Shown piece by piece: positions 10,704 through 24,202 of a DNA stretch of 41,969 nucleotides. Where the stretch lies: NCBI RefSeq assembly GCF_001186125.1, contig NW_014040548.1:94873-136841 (forward strand), in the 5' to 3' direction. A program made the position numbers and the translations under genes. The notes below the pieces were generated by a model that was given only the letters and a program-made list of their open reading frames with translations, did not search any database and was not told the DNA's origin. The DNA comes from Sphaeroforma arctica JP610. Taxonomy: Eukaryota. Position 1 is the first letter of the stretch, and each line of letters begins with the position of its first letter.

Positions 10704-12957
10704 ATGACAAAGAAAGACAATACGCCTGCAAAAAAACGCAAGGCCGAACGTAAAAAGATGGAAAGAGAAGCCGCTAGCGCTGCAGCAGCTACCGCTGCCG
10801 CAGAAGCAACCGCTGCTGCTGCCGATGCGTTTAACCGCACCGTAGCCGAAGCACTTGTCTCCGACAATAATAGTCATGACAATGCCTCGGATAAGGATGT
10901 ATCCGAGCCCGAGGGCCAACTATTGCCTCAACTTCGAAGCTTGCATTTACGAAGCCAAAAAGTGAGACAAGGGACACGTCTCAAGACGCCCCAACCAATT
11001 CTTCTGACGAAACTCAGAAAGAAAAGTCCCCAATTATAGGGAACAAAGACGAATCTCAGAAGGTACATATACCGGAACCAGAAGAGGAGGCAAGCTCAAG
11101 TGGCAAACCCGAATCTACGTCCGAGACCACTGAACCAACGCGCATAAGTAAGTTAACTACTGAAAACACTGATCTTAAGAATCAGTCAGCCTCCCTTATG
11201 AAAGGCATGACTGTTGAATATGTAGATCAAATGTATGGATCAGGGAAAACATGCACAGCACTTACGCGAGCATGTTTCTCCGGGCACTACTGAAGCCCTA
11301 CAGAAGTGGACAGAACGTCGACTGGTAATTACGCCCGAAAAGCGTAAGGGCCTGAGCGCTACACCTGTGGCAGTTGAACCAGATGTGCTCAGTGTATCTA
11401 TATCTTACGAGGTACTATCACCAGAACTCCAGGCTAATTATTCGCCTGTTCTAACGCCCGGCCATGAGTCGCCCGTCCTTGAGGGTATTATAGACCCAGA
11501 GGCAGGTAAAATTACTCCGCTAACTTTACCCAACTGGGATGACAATCGTCGGAAACCAGTTAAGACTGGGTATGTCATCCAGACGCATGAATCACCCAAG
11601 ATTATAATACCAACTACTATCCAAGGAACAGAGCACAGAAAGGCCTCGACCATGGACTTTACAAGGAGTAATAAACACCCCCGTAAACGTGTTAACGATG
11701 TCGAATTTAATCGCTTCAATCGCACCGCATTACACCAGCCCGCAGAGGATTTCCACTCTGACGAGGTGACCGAACTTAATAAATCGGTCGACGATTACAC
11801 CATTAAGATGGAAATCGCCCATGACGAGCACCGTGCTGATGGCGTATCATATTTTGCTAATATGATCGCGATCAAGCAGAAGCGCATCGATCAGTTACTT
11901 CAGGCCCAACGTGGGCAAGACCTCCGGGATAACCAGAAGTACGAGGGACAGATCAGACGACTTAAGTCGAACTGGGATGCCAACAGCAAGCAGGTTGAGT
12001 TTATAAACAACCATGACCTCGACACGCTGACACGGTCATGATGGAGACGAATGATATCGCTCCCCAGCAATGGATTTCTGCTTTAATGCAATCGTTTGAC
12101 CCTACAGGAACAAGTTACTTGATCCTGCAGCGACACCAGCATGAGCTAGACACTTGTCGTGACTGGCCAGCTGTATGTTGGTTGGTTACGTCCTTATTAA
12201 GCAAAGACATGCGCAGTCCAGGACTGAGTTCAATCTTAACTGAACCAGTTGAGAATACTCCTATTCAGAGTTACATTCTGAAACTTGATGCTGACCTTAA
12301 ACGTCCAGATATAACAAAGGACAAGGCATAGCGGTGGTACGAGTTCCTGGCTATGCATGTTTTCTGTAAGAACATAGGGAACAACGACCGTGAAAGTCTG
12401 TACACCGAGTTGCGACGTAAATACGCAACTGAGGCTCGAGACAAGGAACATGAGACAAAGTTTCAACTATCCCGACTTACGTGGGAACAGTTTTATGATA
12501 CTGTATCCACTCTTTTCCCCGCACGCCGAGTAACCTCAAAGGGACAGGCGGTAAATAAGAAACCGCGCGAGCTCCCTGATCAAGGATACCTCTACACCAG
12601 ACGTCAGATGATAAACCTCATCAGACGCGTCCTAACCAGACACGTACTCGCGACTCCACTCAATCAACGCGACCCAATAAACGGGCACGCGCGGAGACGA
12701 AGGACAAGGAACTTCCATTTAAGGAGATTAAGGAATGTGCCGACGCACAGTGTGGGTATGACATGTACCAATTGACCCCTAACGGTTATTGGAATGGCAG
12801 ACATGCACCCACCTGTACACACTTTCTTACTAAGTGTGACAAGTGTGAGAAGACCAATGGCTACAACGCCAAGTCTTGCGACAAAAAGCCCGACATAAGT
12901 TGGAGTAAAAGTACTATCACGTACAATCGTTACAAAGAAAATACAACGACTCCTTAG
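10704..12957 (+). pseudogene. gag-like region of element 2 (fragmented)
   Basis: Chain of plus-strand ORFs from the ATG at 10704 up to the protease; degenerate Zn knuckle CDKCEKTNGYNAKSC near 12835-12880. Confidence 0.65.
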
Positions 12958-14807
12958 ATGAGCGTGTAGTAATCCCTGTATATTGCAACGGAAATAAAGT
13001 CCTTGCATTGATTGATCCTGGTTCAGAAATTTCATGTATATCCGACCGCTTTGCATTAATGGATGACATTGAATGGCGAACTCAAAGTACTCACCTAATT
13101 TTAGCAGATGATAAAACTTCTAAGTGTGATACCATGGCCACAGATGTTAAAATCTCCCTGGCCGATGATAGAAATATCACGACTCAAGCTGTGACAGTTA
13201 AGATGTCACAGAAGTACGACTTAATAGTCGGAATGAGTGATTTACTCACTCTAGGTATAACCGTAACAGGCTTACCCAACAACATAGATCCATTAAAGGA
13301 TCAGTAAGACGATAATTGTCTAAAACCATATACAACACCATCGGACGCAGTCAAGGAATTAATTCCTGGCTATGCCGATAAGATAATGAATCTTATATTA
13401 GTAAATAAGAAGATAAAAATAACCGACTGGGCGAAATTCCGCTTCAACGACGGATATGTCAGCCTTGACTTAACCAAGGTAGACTTTACTAAGCTCAAAT
13501 GTCCTTCAAGAAACTATGTTTCTTGGAGACACGAAGCTGTAGTTAAAGAACAAGTCGAGAAATGGTTATCCGATGGGGTAATCGAAATCAATTACCAATA
13601 AACGCAAGTTAACTTAGCATTATTGGCAGTTGATCAACACAACTCTGACGGAACATTTAAGAAAGTCAGAGTATGCCTAGATATGAGTCCAATAAATAAG
13701 TTATTGTCGACTCATAGTTTCCATCTCCTCGTATAAACGAGTTACTGAGACGAATGGAAGGTGCTACGGTAATTACATCCATAGACCTAACACAGGGGTA
13801 TCATCAAATGCAAATTTATGAAATCCATCGTAAGTACTTTAGTTTTACCTGGAAAGGTAAACAATACAGGTTTAGAGGTGCACATTTCGGATTGCACTCT
13901 TTACCACAATTCTTCCAACAAGTAACGGAGGAAATGTTTGCAGACATGCCTAACGTGCAAGTCTATATAGATGACATAGTCATCTTTTCTAAGACTAAGG
14001 CGAACATGCCGCATTAGTCAGGCGAGTCCTTCAGAGACTCAACGAAAAAAAACTTCAAGATTAACGAGAAGAAATGTCACTTTGCCATGAGCGAAATACA
14101 GCTCTTAGGCTATCGTATATCTGGGGAAGGTATTAAAATCGACCCTGGTAAGGTGGAACACCTATTAGATTGGCGAACACCAACTACAGGAAGAGATGTG
14201 AACAGCATGTGTGGGGTTGTAAACTTCTTTTCAGATGGAGTACCACACTTGGCTGATTATCTTAAGCCCTTTGGACACTTAAGATGTCATAAATGCAAAC
14301 TAGGAGACTTGTGGACTAAAGAGTGTGATGACGCATTTAAAGCGCTCAAGCACGCAGTCCAACAAGCCCCTGTTGTACAAGTACCAGTCGATGGCGTGCC
14401 TTTTGAAATAGCAACGGACGCATCAGACTTAGTACTCGGAGGTGTACTATACCAGGTTATAGATAATAAACCTAGGTATATACAATTCTTTAGCCGACCA
14501 ATGAATGCATGACAGTTGAATTATCCAACTGTGAAGCAAGAGCTACTAGCCATAGTAGCAGCTTTAACACACTTCCGCGATTACTTATACGGAACAGCTT
14601 TTACGCTGAAGTGTGATCAGAAGTCCCTTCAATATATGAAGGAAATGAAGCCAGACTCTCAATTACTGAGCCGATGGCATGATACAATATCAAAGTTTCA
14701 TTTTGATATCAAACATCTACCAGGGATACATAACCATTTACTGGATATGTTATCACGCTTCGTACCGGACTTTAATAGACTTTGCCTTCATCAGACTGAC
14801 ACATCTG
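12958..14807 (+). pseudogene. pol (PR-RT-RNase H) of element 2, truncated ~17 aa after RNase H
   Basis: ORFs 13008-13307, 13386-13601, 13754-14017, 14087-14512 and 14516-14827 carry the canonical motifs, separated by stops and frameshifts. Confidence 0.92.
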
Positions 14808-15057
14808 GTTGGCTGAACGGAGGATAAACTAAGCAACGCTAATAGTCCTTAGTAACCTAGGTTCGGTTAAGCCATCTCGCTACCGAAATATTCAGATAAA
14901 AATATATTTGGAAAGTAAATATAGTTCTATTAATAGAACTAGACCAAATCTTATGTTTGGTATTTTACTGGGGCCTTTTAATGGCCTTGTCCAAATATCT
15001 GGTATGTAAAATGGTATGGGTATTAATTAATAAAACCGTTAAAACTCATTTTAAGGA
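14808..15057 (-). repeat. Inverted copy of LTR segment 9937-10184
   Basis: Reverse-complement match over ~250 bp, e.g. AGACCAAATCTTATGTTTGGTATTTTACTGGGGCCTTTTAATG. Confidence 0.95.
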
Positions 15058-15490
15058 TAATTGAGCTTACGTACTTTTAAGAGTACGTTTTACGTACTCT
15101 GACATATCAACATATGTTTTCTATACCCCGGCTAATCACGCTGTTGTAGTACTACTTCCAAATTTCGGTCCAAACCAATTCATCGCGCCTGTTGGTTCCG
15201 CCTATGATACTTCCAATACAGGCAAACCAGCACACACCGAGTGCATCCGTGGTCTGGTGCGGTGTCGGTTCACCCCCAACCTCGCTCCTCAACCGAATTA
15301 TGACGGATAACCTGGTCCTACTTGGCATTTCGTACTCTGCACTAACCCATTTCACAGCACTACACGATAAAGACCCGATACGAACCACAGAGGTGGGTAC
15401 GATTTTTAGTAGGTCAGAAAGCGAATACGTGGCACACTCAATGGTGTCAGTTTTTTTGTCAGCACCGGCCTGAATTGACCCAGCGCTTAT

Positions 15491-15742
15491 CCTCCATTGT
15501 CGACTCACTTGGTCCAAGCTTCAACAGAGAATTTACTGACCATTTCTTCCTATCGATCTTCCCCAAACCACTACAACGGCTATGAGAGCCACACCATATA
15601 TACTAACATTGTAACTCCTCCATTGTCGACTCACTTGGTCCAAGCTTCAACAGGGAATTTACTGACCATCTCTTCCTATCGATCTTCCCCAAACCACTAC
15701 AACGGCTATGAGAGCCACACCATATATACTAACATTGTAACT
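15491..15742 (+). repeat. 126-bp tandem duplication (2 near-identical copies)
   Basis: 15491-15616 vs 15617-15742; two substitutions seen. Confidence 0.97.
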
Positions 15743-15772
15743 TAACTCCTTTGAAAAAAAATTATATTATCT

Positions 15773-16116
15773 CTATGGACATCAGGAGTATTTTCCTTTT
15801 CTCCATTCTTTTTTTTCTAGATAGGATTTTATGAGTCTCTCGGATTCGCCCCAACGAAACATACCATAGTTTCTAATAGAGCGACAACGAAACACAAAAT
15901 AAAATCCCTTCGGCGAAAACAGTACTGAGAGGATTACTTATAGGCAATGTCTCAGCCTCACAATACCTCAGAGTATTGCTGTTTTCACGAGGCATACCTA
16001 ACTTTACTAAACGACTCATTTCGTTTATTCATTCCGAATTTAGCTATACTTAGACTTAACCTAATCGTTTAATTAGTCTAAGGCATTAATATCGCCTTGA
16101 TATACCAAAACTTACA
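15773..16116 (+). repeat. Direct copy of LTR segment 10227-10575
   Basis: CTATGGACATCA...GATTTTATGAGTCTCTCGGATTCGCCCCAACG...ATATCGCCTTGATA...CTTACA present in both copies. Confidence 0.95.
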
Positions 16117-16691
16117 TTACGGTAGGGAGACACCTGAGGTACAGGCTTTGTACGTCCAATTTTACGTTTCACGGGGCTAATTTGGTTCATGTTGTTAGCC
16201 CCTTTGTCAGGTAACTGGCAAGTGGGTGTCGACCCTGCCTGCGTTGGGTGATGAGAAGCCCAACGTTGTTGCACTGTCGGTTCGGTCTGAGTCTCAGAAA
16301 AATCCTCATCGCCTGTCGTCTGGTCCAAGTCCTGGGGTGTAGACATGTCAATATCCGCCAGTGACAATTCACAGAGTTGGCGGACTTGCCCTTGAATTAG
16401 ATGAATATTGTCCGTCGCCTCCTGCACATGCATCATCGTATTCAGGTGTCCTTCTACTTCAGAAATCCAGTTTGGGGACTGTTTAAGCTTACCCAAGGTT
16501 GTAATTGAGTATTGGCCCTCCGAAAGCAAATGTATCAATTCCAGATGGATTTCTACCTTCTTGGCATCTTCAGGTGCAGGTTTCTTGGCAAGTGCTGATT
16601 CCACCTTATTGCATAGCTCGGTTAAACGGCGAAGATTTCCAATCAACTGTCTCAACAACCGATCACAAGCTTGCTTACCCACCGTTGGCAA
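16117..16691 (-). CDS. Coiled-coil-like ORF, probable gag/ORF1 N-terminus of a third element, cut by the LTR end at 16116
   Basis: ~190 open codons of helical then low-complexity sequence; non-ATG start; no recognised domain. Confidence 0.35.
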
Positions 16692-16911
16692 CAGTCTAGT
16701 CTTGGGTAAAATAAAATTAAACTAAGTTGTTTCTTAGTTGATTTAACCTTCAAAGAACGTAGTATAATAAATACAGTAGTTCGGTCACTTAAAAATGTAG
16801 TCAAAACCGAGTTGCACTTGATAAAAAAAATGCTAAGTCTAAAATAAGTGAACTCGGTCAGAAGTGCCGTTAGGAACGGCGCGTCTGCTGTATTCATTAA
16901 CCACGTTCTTG

Positions 16912-17180
16912 TGTGGGACGAGATTTTCTCTAACAACTGCAGATCGTGAAAATCTCCGTATCTAAGATTTTGGTCTCCTAGTTACTAAATAATGATGACA
17001 TCCGGTAGGTCATCATTCCCTCTCACTAAATTATATATTCTATTTTCTAGTCCGGTCCTCGGGCCCGTTCCTCAATAAAATCCTCTTAGGTCCGAGACTC
17101 TGGTTCGGTCCTAAATTATTTCTCTTAGGTCCGGTCCTCTGGTCCGGTCCTAAATCTCTATCTAAGGTACTTAGTCCACA
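16912..17180. repeat. Possible 269-bp LTR (TGTGG...CCACA) with internal GGTCCGGTCCT repeats
   Basis: Inverted termini TGTGGGAC/GTCCACA; the right end coincides with the point where the LINE RT similarity stops. No second copy in the window. Confidence 0.35.
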
Positions 17181-17575
17181 GTCCGATTATTTGCGTAAGT
17201 GTGATAGGGCGGATGTCGGCGGGGGAGGTGATATCTGCATCGGATTTTTTTTTTGGGTGCGCTGTCAGGAGGCTGCAGTTCAGGGTTGCAGGGAAGGTAC
17301 CCACCTTCAGTAGCTCAGTGAATGCTTCGGCAAGGAGTCTAATCAGTGGGCTATTGGCGTCGGGGCGTCCTAGTGTCCTGCGTTCGGTGGAGCGCTCCAC
17401 TGTGGCCTTCAGGAGGAGGATGTGGATCCCGTCGGGGCCAGGCCATTTATTGGGATAGCGTAGTATAGCCTCCATTGCATCGTCGGGGCGTATGGCGGAA
17501 GATACATCGGGCGAGAGTTCGGTATCCGGTGGAATCACGTACGGGATTGTAGAGTTGAATAGGTCCTCAAAGTCC
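17181..17575 (-). pseudogene. Non-LTR (LINE-type) reverse transcriptase fragment, N-terminal RT subdomains
   Basis: NKWPGPDGI...AEAFTELLKVGTFPATLNCSLLTAHPKK...DIRPITL, the PGPDG / G..P / PK / RPI.L signature. Confidence 0.85.
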
Positions 17576-18367
17576 ACATTTACATACATTTGTAACATAT
17601 CTTTTGCCTACTGTACCCCCTTGTCAACTCCACTTGTAGTTTTAATCTCTATTTTGAAACAAATAATATTGTCCCTGTCCTGAAATATCTTCATATGTAT
17701 TTTGTTTTCTTCTTCAAGAAAATAGAAATACAATGCCTTATTTGGGAGGTGGCGGGTCGATCACATGCCCAATATAAATACAGTAAAATACATTGTCCAT
17801 ATCCGGAGGGCTGTTGAGTCATCGTTTCGGTACACATTCATATAGCACTATATAACTAAAATAATATTTACTGTCTGCTGTGTTGCCGTACTATCTATTC
17901 TGTACACTTGTGATAGCACTGGTGTTTTACATCATATAGTTTAGCTGTATATTCAGTTTAGCAGCAGATCTAGTTTAGTAGTAGCACTTAGTTTAATTAA
18001 ACCATGTCGGAACGCGAACCCCTACTAGGGAATGGGTCCCTCAGAAAGAGATCCGTTGCGGAAATTTTGACCAGTGTACCACCTGGCTCAACCGTAAGTT
18101 GTTCTCGTGTGACATTTTTTTTTGGTGTTTGTTCAACCCTGCTAGGAATACTATGGCCTATAAAAAACACGTCGACAATCAGCCCATATACATGAGTCAA
18201 ATTGTCCGACACTTACTTTTGTTCACACAGCAATCACTTTCAATTGAAACAGTGATACTTAAAGTTTCAGTTGGGGCGATTATATTCACCCACGTTCCTC
18301 TTGAGGATCATACGGCGTAGTTTATATTGTGGACTGAATTAAGACGGACGTGAATATATATATATAA

Positions 18368-19347
<980 letters not shown>

Positions 19348-21015
19348 GAACTTTACAGTATACAAAGTACGGCGAGACTTTCCGATTGTTTGGTGAATAG
19401 TTCATCCTTGTGTATGAAAGTTGTGATCGACGGATGTTTTGTGGCGCGTATTGAAATTGAACCAGGTCTTGCTCCGTTCTAAGCCATATCACTAGAAGTG
19501 CAGTCTGCCATCTATATGATATCGTTATCAAACCTTTTGGAAGACTGAACGGATACATAGTGTGATAAGAAGCGGCCGCTTTACCTCAATACAGTTGCCG
19601 AGAGCTAATAACGGTTTTAAAGTGTATAGTACTCTAGTGCAATAAAAGGACTTAAATGAATAAACAATTCTAACACATTTGTCAATGCGTTAATACTGTA
19701 TATCCATAAGGATCCGGTGGTGGACGGAGGCACTGATGATGTATCAAATATAAGAGCTGTCACCAATAAAGAACGCGACGAGGCCGAAGGAGGCAGCACA
19801 CGTAAGGCGTCCATATTTAGCGACGACTGCGAGGATGAAATGAAAAGGGAACAACTTAGTGCATGGAAGTGGTTTACAGGGTATGTGTGAGTCGATATAT
19901 GGCTTGTGAGGGGTGTGAATGAAGGTCTTCATGAGCTACGTGCGTACCTGTGCGCACGTAGATATGGCGTGTTTTTCCCACAGAGTAAGGCAATGCTGTA
20001 AATCGACAAGGATGACTTTGTAGTTAATACAAAAAAAAACGAATACCATAGAGAGCGCGTACGGCAAAAAAAGTATATGATTTCGTTGGTAAGCGCCAGT
20101 CTAGGTGTCAATCCTACACCTTTAATGAACCAGTTACACGGCGGCTTCAAATACTTTAACAAGTCAAAGTGCTAATCAGGATTTGATATTCAAAAGAGAC
20201 GTTGTGAGCAGTTTTGACCTCGTATTATTGGCCTAATGAATATACGAGTGGTTGAAAACGGCATCTACGAAGGGATTACGCAAAGATTATCCCCGTGAAT
20301 GACGCGCGCTTCGTAGGAGCAGAGGGGTTGTGCTGAACATGTCAATGAATACAATTGACATACAGCCACGCAACGCCGAGTTTCCATATCCATTTGTACT
20401 CATGTGTAACACAGTGCGCATAAGACTGAGTTTGCCACCCTTCCTCACAGTACGAACTTTTTCACTCTCTGGACTCTCGCGCACAGAACTTTCTTTGGCT
20501 TTGCGACACAGGCGGGGCTGCTGCTGATTGTGATCGGTATCTACACATTCACCCCTCTGTTCGTCAATTATTCCAAGGTAGCATTCTATTCTGCCTGGGG
20601 ATATCTTTCGTTAATGTGCGAGTACCAATGAATTGTTTGAATGATTCTTTGTCAATATTCGTACGCTATATTTTAGTCGGCTTTCAAAAAGGTCGATGAT
20701 AAAGCAGTGAGGATACGATTGTACGATTGTATATCGCTTTCGATCGTGTCAATGACAATTCACTGTTAATATCTTCAAAAGTTGCATGCGTATTTGTATT
20801 GAACGCGTTCTTCATTTTTTAATCTTAGCGCTTAGATTTCATATTAATACGATTGTGCGACCCCTGTATTTCAGTACGCATTTATCTTTTGATGAGGGTG
20901 GTCTGGTCGTACCCTGATTTCGTATATTTAGAAATCTTAACTTCACGTCAAATCCACTGAAGGTTGTATACCACGAGAAGGTCACTTATCCTTCTTCTGA
21001 TATTCCTCTTTGCAG

Positions 21016-23458
21016 CAAGTGTATAATGGACTAGCAGGCGATTATGCTGCACAGGCTTCCGAGAGCCAGCATCTTATCCGCCGCGACGCTGAGGTATGCT
21101 CTATCTATATGCAATCCTGAGGTACTGACTTGTGGTGTGAAGTATCGAGACAGTATGCGTTCCATATATACCTATGCTGATGTATATAAATATAGTACAG
21201 GCATACACCGTGTTGGTGTTTGAATTGCTTATACAAGAACGGAACAAGAACGGATGTGCAATTTCATGCAGACGGTACACTCACGAACATAGAGATTGTG
21301 ATGAGACGTACACTCACGAACATAGGGATTGTGATGGTCAGTATTGCTACGTCTGCAGTATTTTCACAGTTGGTCATAGGTATTTCGATCTGTTGTGCTC
21401 TATTTAACTGTGTGTGGATAAAGCAACTCGAAACCTTTACTTGTCATTAGTAATTTCACAGTTGGTCATAGGTATTTCGATCTGTTCTGCTCTATTTAAC
21501 TGTATGTGGATAAAGCAACTCGAAACCTTTACTTGCCAATAGTAATTCCACAGTTGGTTATAGATATTTCGATCTGTTCTGTTCTACTTAACTGTATGTG
21601 GATAAAACAACTCAAAACCTGTACTCGCTATTGCATGTTGACTGGGTAATCTGTAGATCAACCTCGCTCTGGCGAATTGGCCGTCGTCGCAGATTGCGCA
21701 TGATTTGTCCAACAAGTATTTTGATGCAAAGTGGTCAGGTATGAGATGGCTGTAATGAGCAACTAGACACCAGTGGGTTGCTTGTACTTTTGCCATAATT
21801 GAGAATGTAGGCTTACGTGACTAGCAATCGATATGCGGTCGTATGGTATCTTTGTGGTCTCAATTAGGTTGTTGATAGCTGATTGGTTTGAGTGAGGTAC
21901 ACGCAGTGATATTTTCGCAGCGGTTTCAATGACCGGGATGGACAAGCATGACCACATGTAACTGTATTGTGTTTGGACAGGATGGCCTTATCTCACGTAC
22001 ACGCTCGGATTTCTACGCTATATTTATGAATTGAGGCCTAGTGTCGCCGGGTCTATACTGCCGCGATGCTACTCGGGCAAGGAGTGTTTATACCTGTATT
22101 GTTTGGGTGTTGATTCGATGCGGGAACTGTAGTGAGACTCAGTGGATAGTCGCAAGAGGCGACTTACACATCACCCTCTAGAGCATCTAGTTTGCTCCTA
22201 CATGTATCTGCAATGATACAGCATTTCTATTTACACGGTATAGGGATATACCAGTAAGCAAAGTGCACTACATCACCTTTTTTAAGTGCTCACAACACGC
22301 CAGGTGGTGACGCATGTAGACAATCGTCACTTCACCTACACTCACGTACGTGAATGAAACACATAAGAATGAATATGCTGCTTTCTTAGCTCATTCTACT
22401 GTCCACTTGGATATATGCGTATTTCTTTGCAAACTAGCGTGTTTGATGTACATATCTATCTATATGGATTCGTGCATTTGCATATCCAGTATTATAATTT
22501 GTCATCTGCCGCCCATTTTCATTTTGATCTACAAAAATTTAGAACTCATACAAGATACCCTTTCACTACACGCGCATTCCGCAGGAGACCTTGTGCTTCC
22601 AACTGTGGGTGACTATGTCTTCTATCTTAATTCGGGGGATCCCACAGCCAAATTGGAGATTAATGGTAAGAATTTGCTACAGGTCGGCTTTTTGCACTTC
22701 TCTCAGAGTTTGGGTACAATCTGGAATCTTTTTTATATTGCAATTGTGAGGTGTGATCGCGTGCTTGAAGCCACTCTCGTTATAAAATGGGAATAGTCTA
22801 AAACTAAAAATATTTGGCCGGTTGCAAAATTGTTTGGGAATCGCTCGTTTGGTGATTCTTCTCGTCGTGATAGTTTTGCTTCCTTTGTGTCCTGGTTCTT
22901 TGTTGTCAAGCGTTCAGCATGCAGCTGAAATTATTTTTGCACTTTCGTATTTCGACGCTCCCGTACGTTCTTACATGCATTTCTTCTGGGAATGTCAACT
23001 TCCACTACTATCATCATTGAGGCAGTTTCAAGGTTGAGCTCTGCTAGATGCTATGAGATATAGTGTATATATACATTTTAGCATGGGTTTCCGAAGTTGT
23101 GTAGTGCTATGCCATGGTGGTCTATGCCCAGGGCAGATATTAATGGGTTCAAGGAACTCCTGCGTATGCCTCTGGTGGCAAAAAGTAGCATACGTGTTTC
23201 TATCGTGCTTCTGAATACGAACGTTTCTTGGCAGACATATCTTTTAGAACACAAATTACCACTACGAGCCCAGACACATAAAATCTATGGCCACTAACCT
23301 TCGTACAACTACACGCCCGCTTATTCACGACAGGCAAATCAGGAAATCCTCACAAACTCACGGTATCGGCCGGTGACGATAAATTCCCGGTCAAGCTCCA
23401 CGTGCACGATATACCGTTTGAGTACAAGGAAGGCAGCGATATATCCTTTACATACACG
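21016..23458 (+). CDS. Four spliced exons encoding a PA14-like domain (21016-21093, 21657-21738, 22585-22665, 23334-23458); start not located
   Basis: All introns are GT-AG with compatible phases (0,1,1). Joined translation: QVYNGLAGDYAAQASESQHLIRRDAEINLALANWPSSQIAHDLSNKYFDAKWSGDLVLPTVGDYVFYLNSGDPTAKLEINGKSGNPHKLTVSAGDDKFPVKLHVHDIPFEYKEGSDISFTYT, resembling PA14 (GL.G.Y, R.D..I, F..RW.G.L..P..G.Y.F...S....L.I.G). Confidence 0.7.
21362..21625 (+). repeat. 92-bp intronic tandem repeat, ~3 copies
   Basis: TT(T/C)CACAGTTGGT(C/T)ATAG at 21362, 21454 and 21546. Confidence 0.93.
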
Positions 23459-24202
23459 GTAGGTTATGTGGTCGTGCGGTCCTATAATTAGTGAGAGATG
23501 AGCCATTAGAGGTATAGAGTTGAATTAAGTGTGCGGTTGGATTAGATCGAGTTCATTATAGAAGGCCGAATACAATGGCAAATGAAAAGGGTTGGTAGTA
23601 ATGTACTGGGTAGATTCTTCCTTAGCTCGGTTGGTACTTACACCCACGCCTGTTGTTCCCCTCGCAACTTGTTTCCGACTGCATGTTTGGCCGTATTTTT
23701 GTATTTAAAGTTGCAAGCATATATGATATGTTGTCAATCGCAGTGTTTGCAGTCGATCATGAGTACATCTGTGAGTAGATACAAAGTCAGATACAAATAA
23801 ATAACTGTACCTTGCGTAGCTGCACACATTTACCAACAACTTATCTGTACACGCGCGTGCGGGTTATTTCTGATAAGCAACACACACAAAACAACAGAGT
23901 TATGCGGAGAATCGCCTACAGCTGCTATCATCCAGGTAGTGGGTTGGTTGCGCACGAAATTTGAATGTGTATGCGGTTATAAGTCCGCTCATGTCTATAT
24001 ATCTGCAGAACGGCGACAATCCAGTGACAGCAACATGCCGGTCTACTCTTTTTCTACTGAGTGGAAAGCCATTCGCATATTCATGGTTCTGGATTACTCG
24101 TACATTCGTTCATGGTAATGTCTCATCGCCCGAAGGCACACAGCTAATAAACGGCCCAGAGTCGTCCTCTCTGACTAATCACATATCAAATCACACCCAC
24201 AG

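Larger units (their letters stand above)
9919..16116 (+). mobile_element. Degenerate, rearranged Ty3/Gypsy retrotransposon, element 2 (gag-PR-RT-RH; no integrase)
   Basis: LTR sequence at both ends. Protease LIDPGSEISCI...DLIVGM; RT KVRVCLD, SIDLTQGYHQM and YIDD; RNase H TDASD...ELLAIVAALTHF...DMLSR. Shares diagnostic strings with element 1 (PVDGVP, KVRVCLD). Confidence 0.9.

Noticed and set aside
10704..14807. Element 2 as an endogenous pararetrovirus because it lacks integrase
   Set aside because: It is flanked by TG...CA LTR sequence, closely resembles integrase-bearing element 1, and is cut abruptly by a rearranged repeat.
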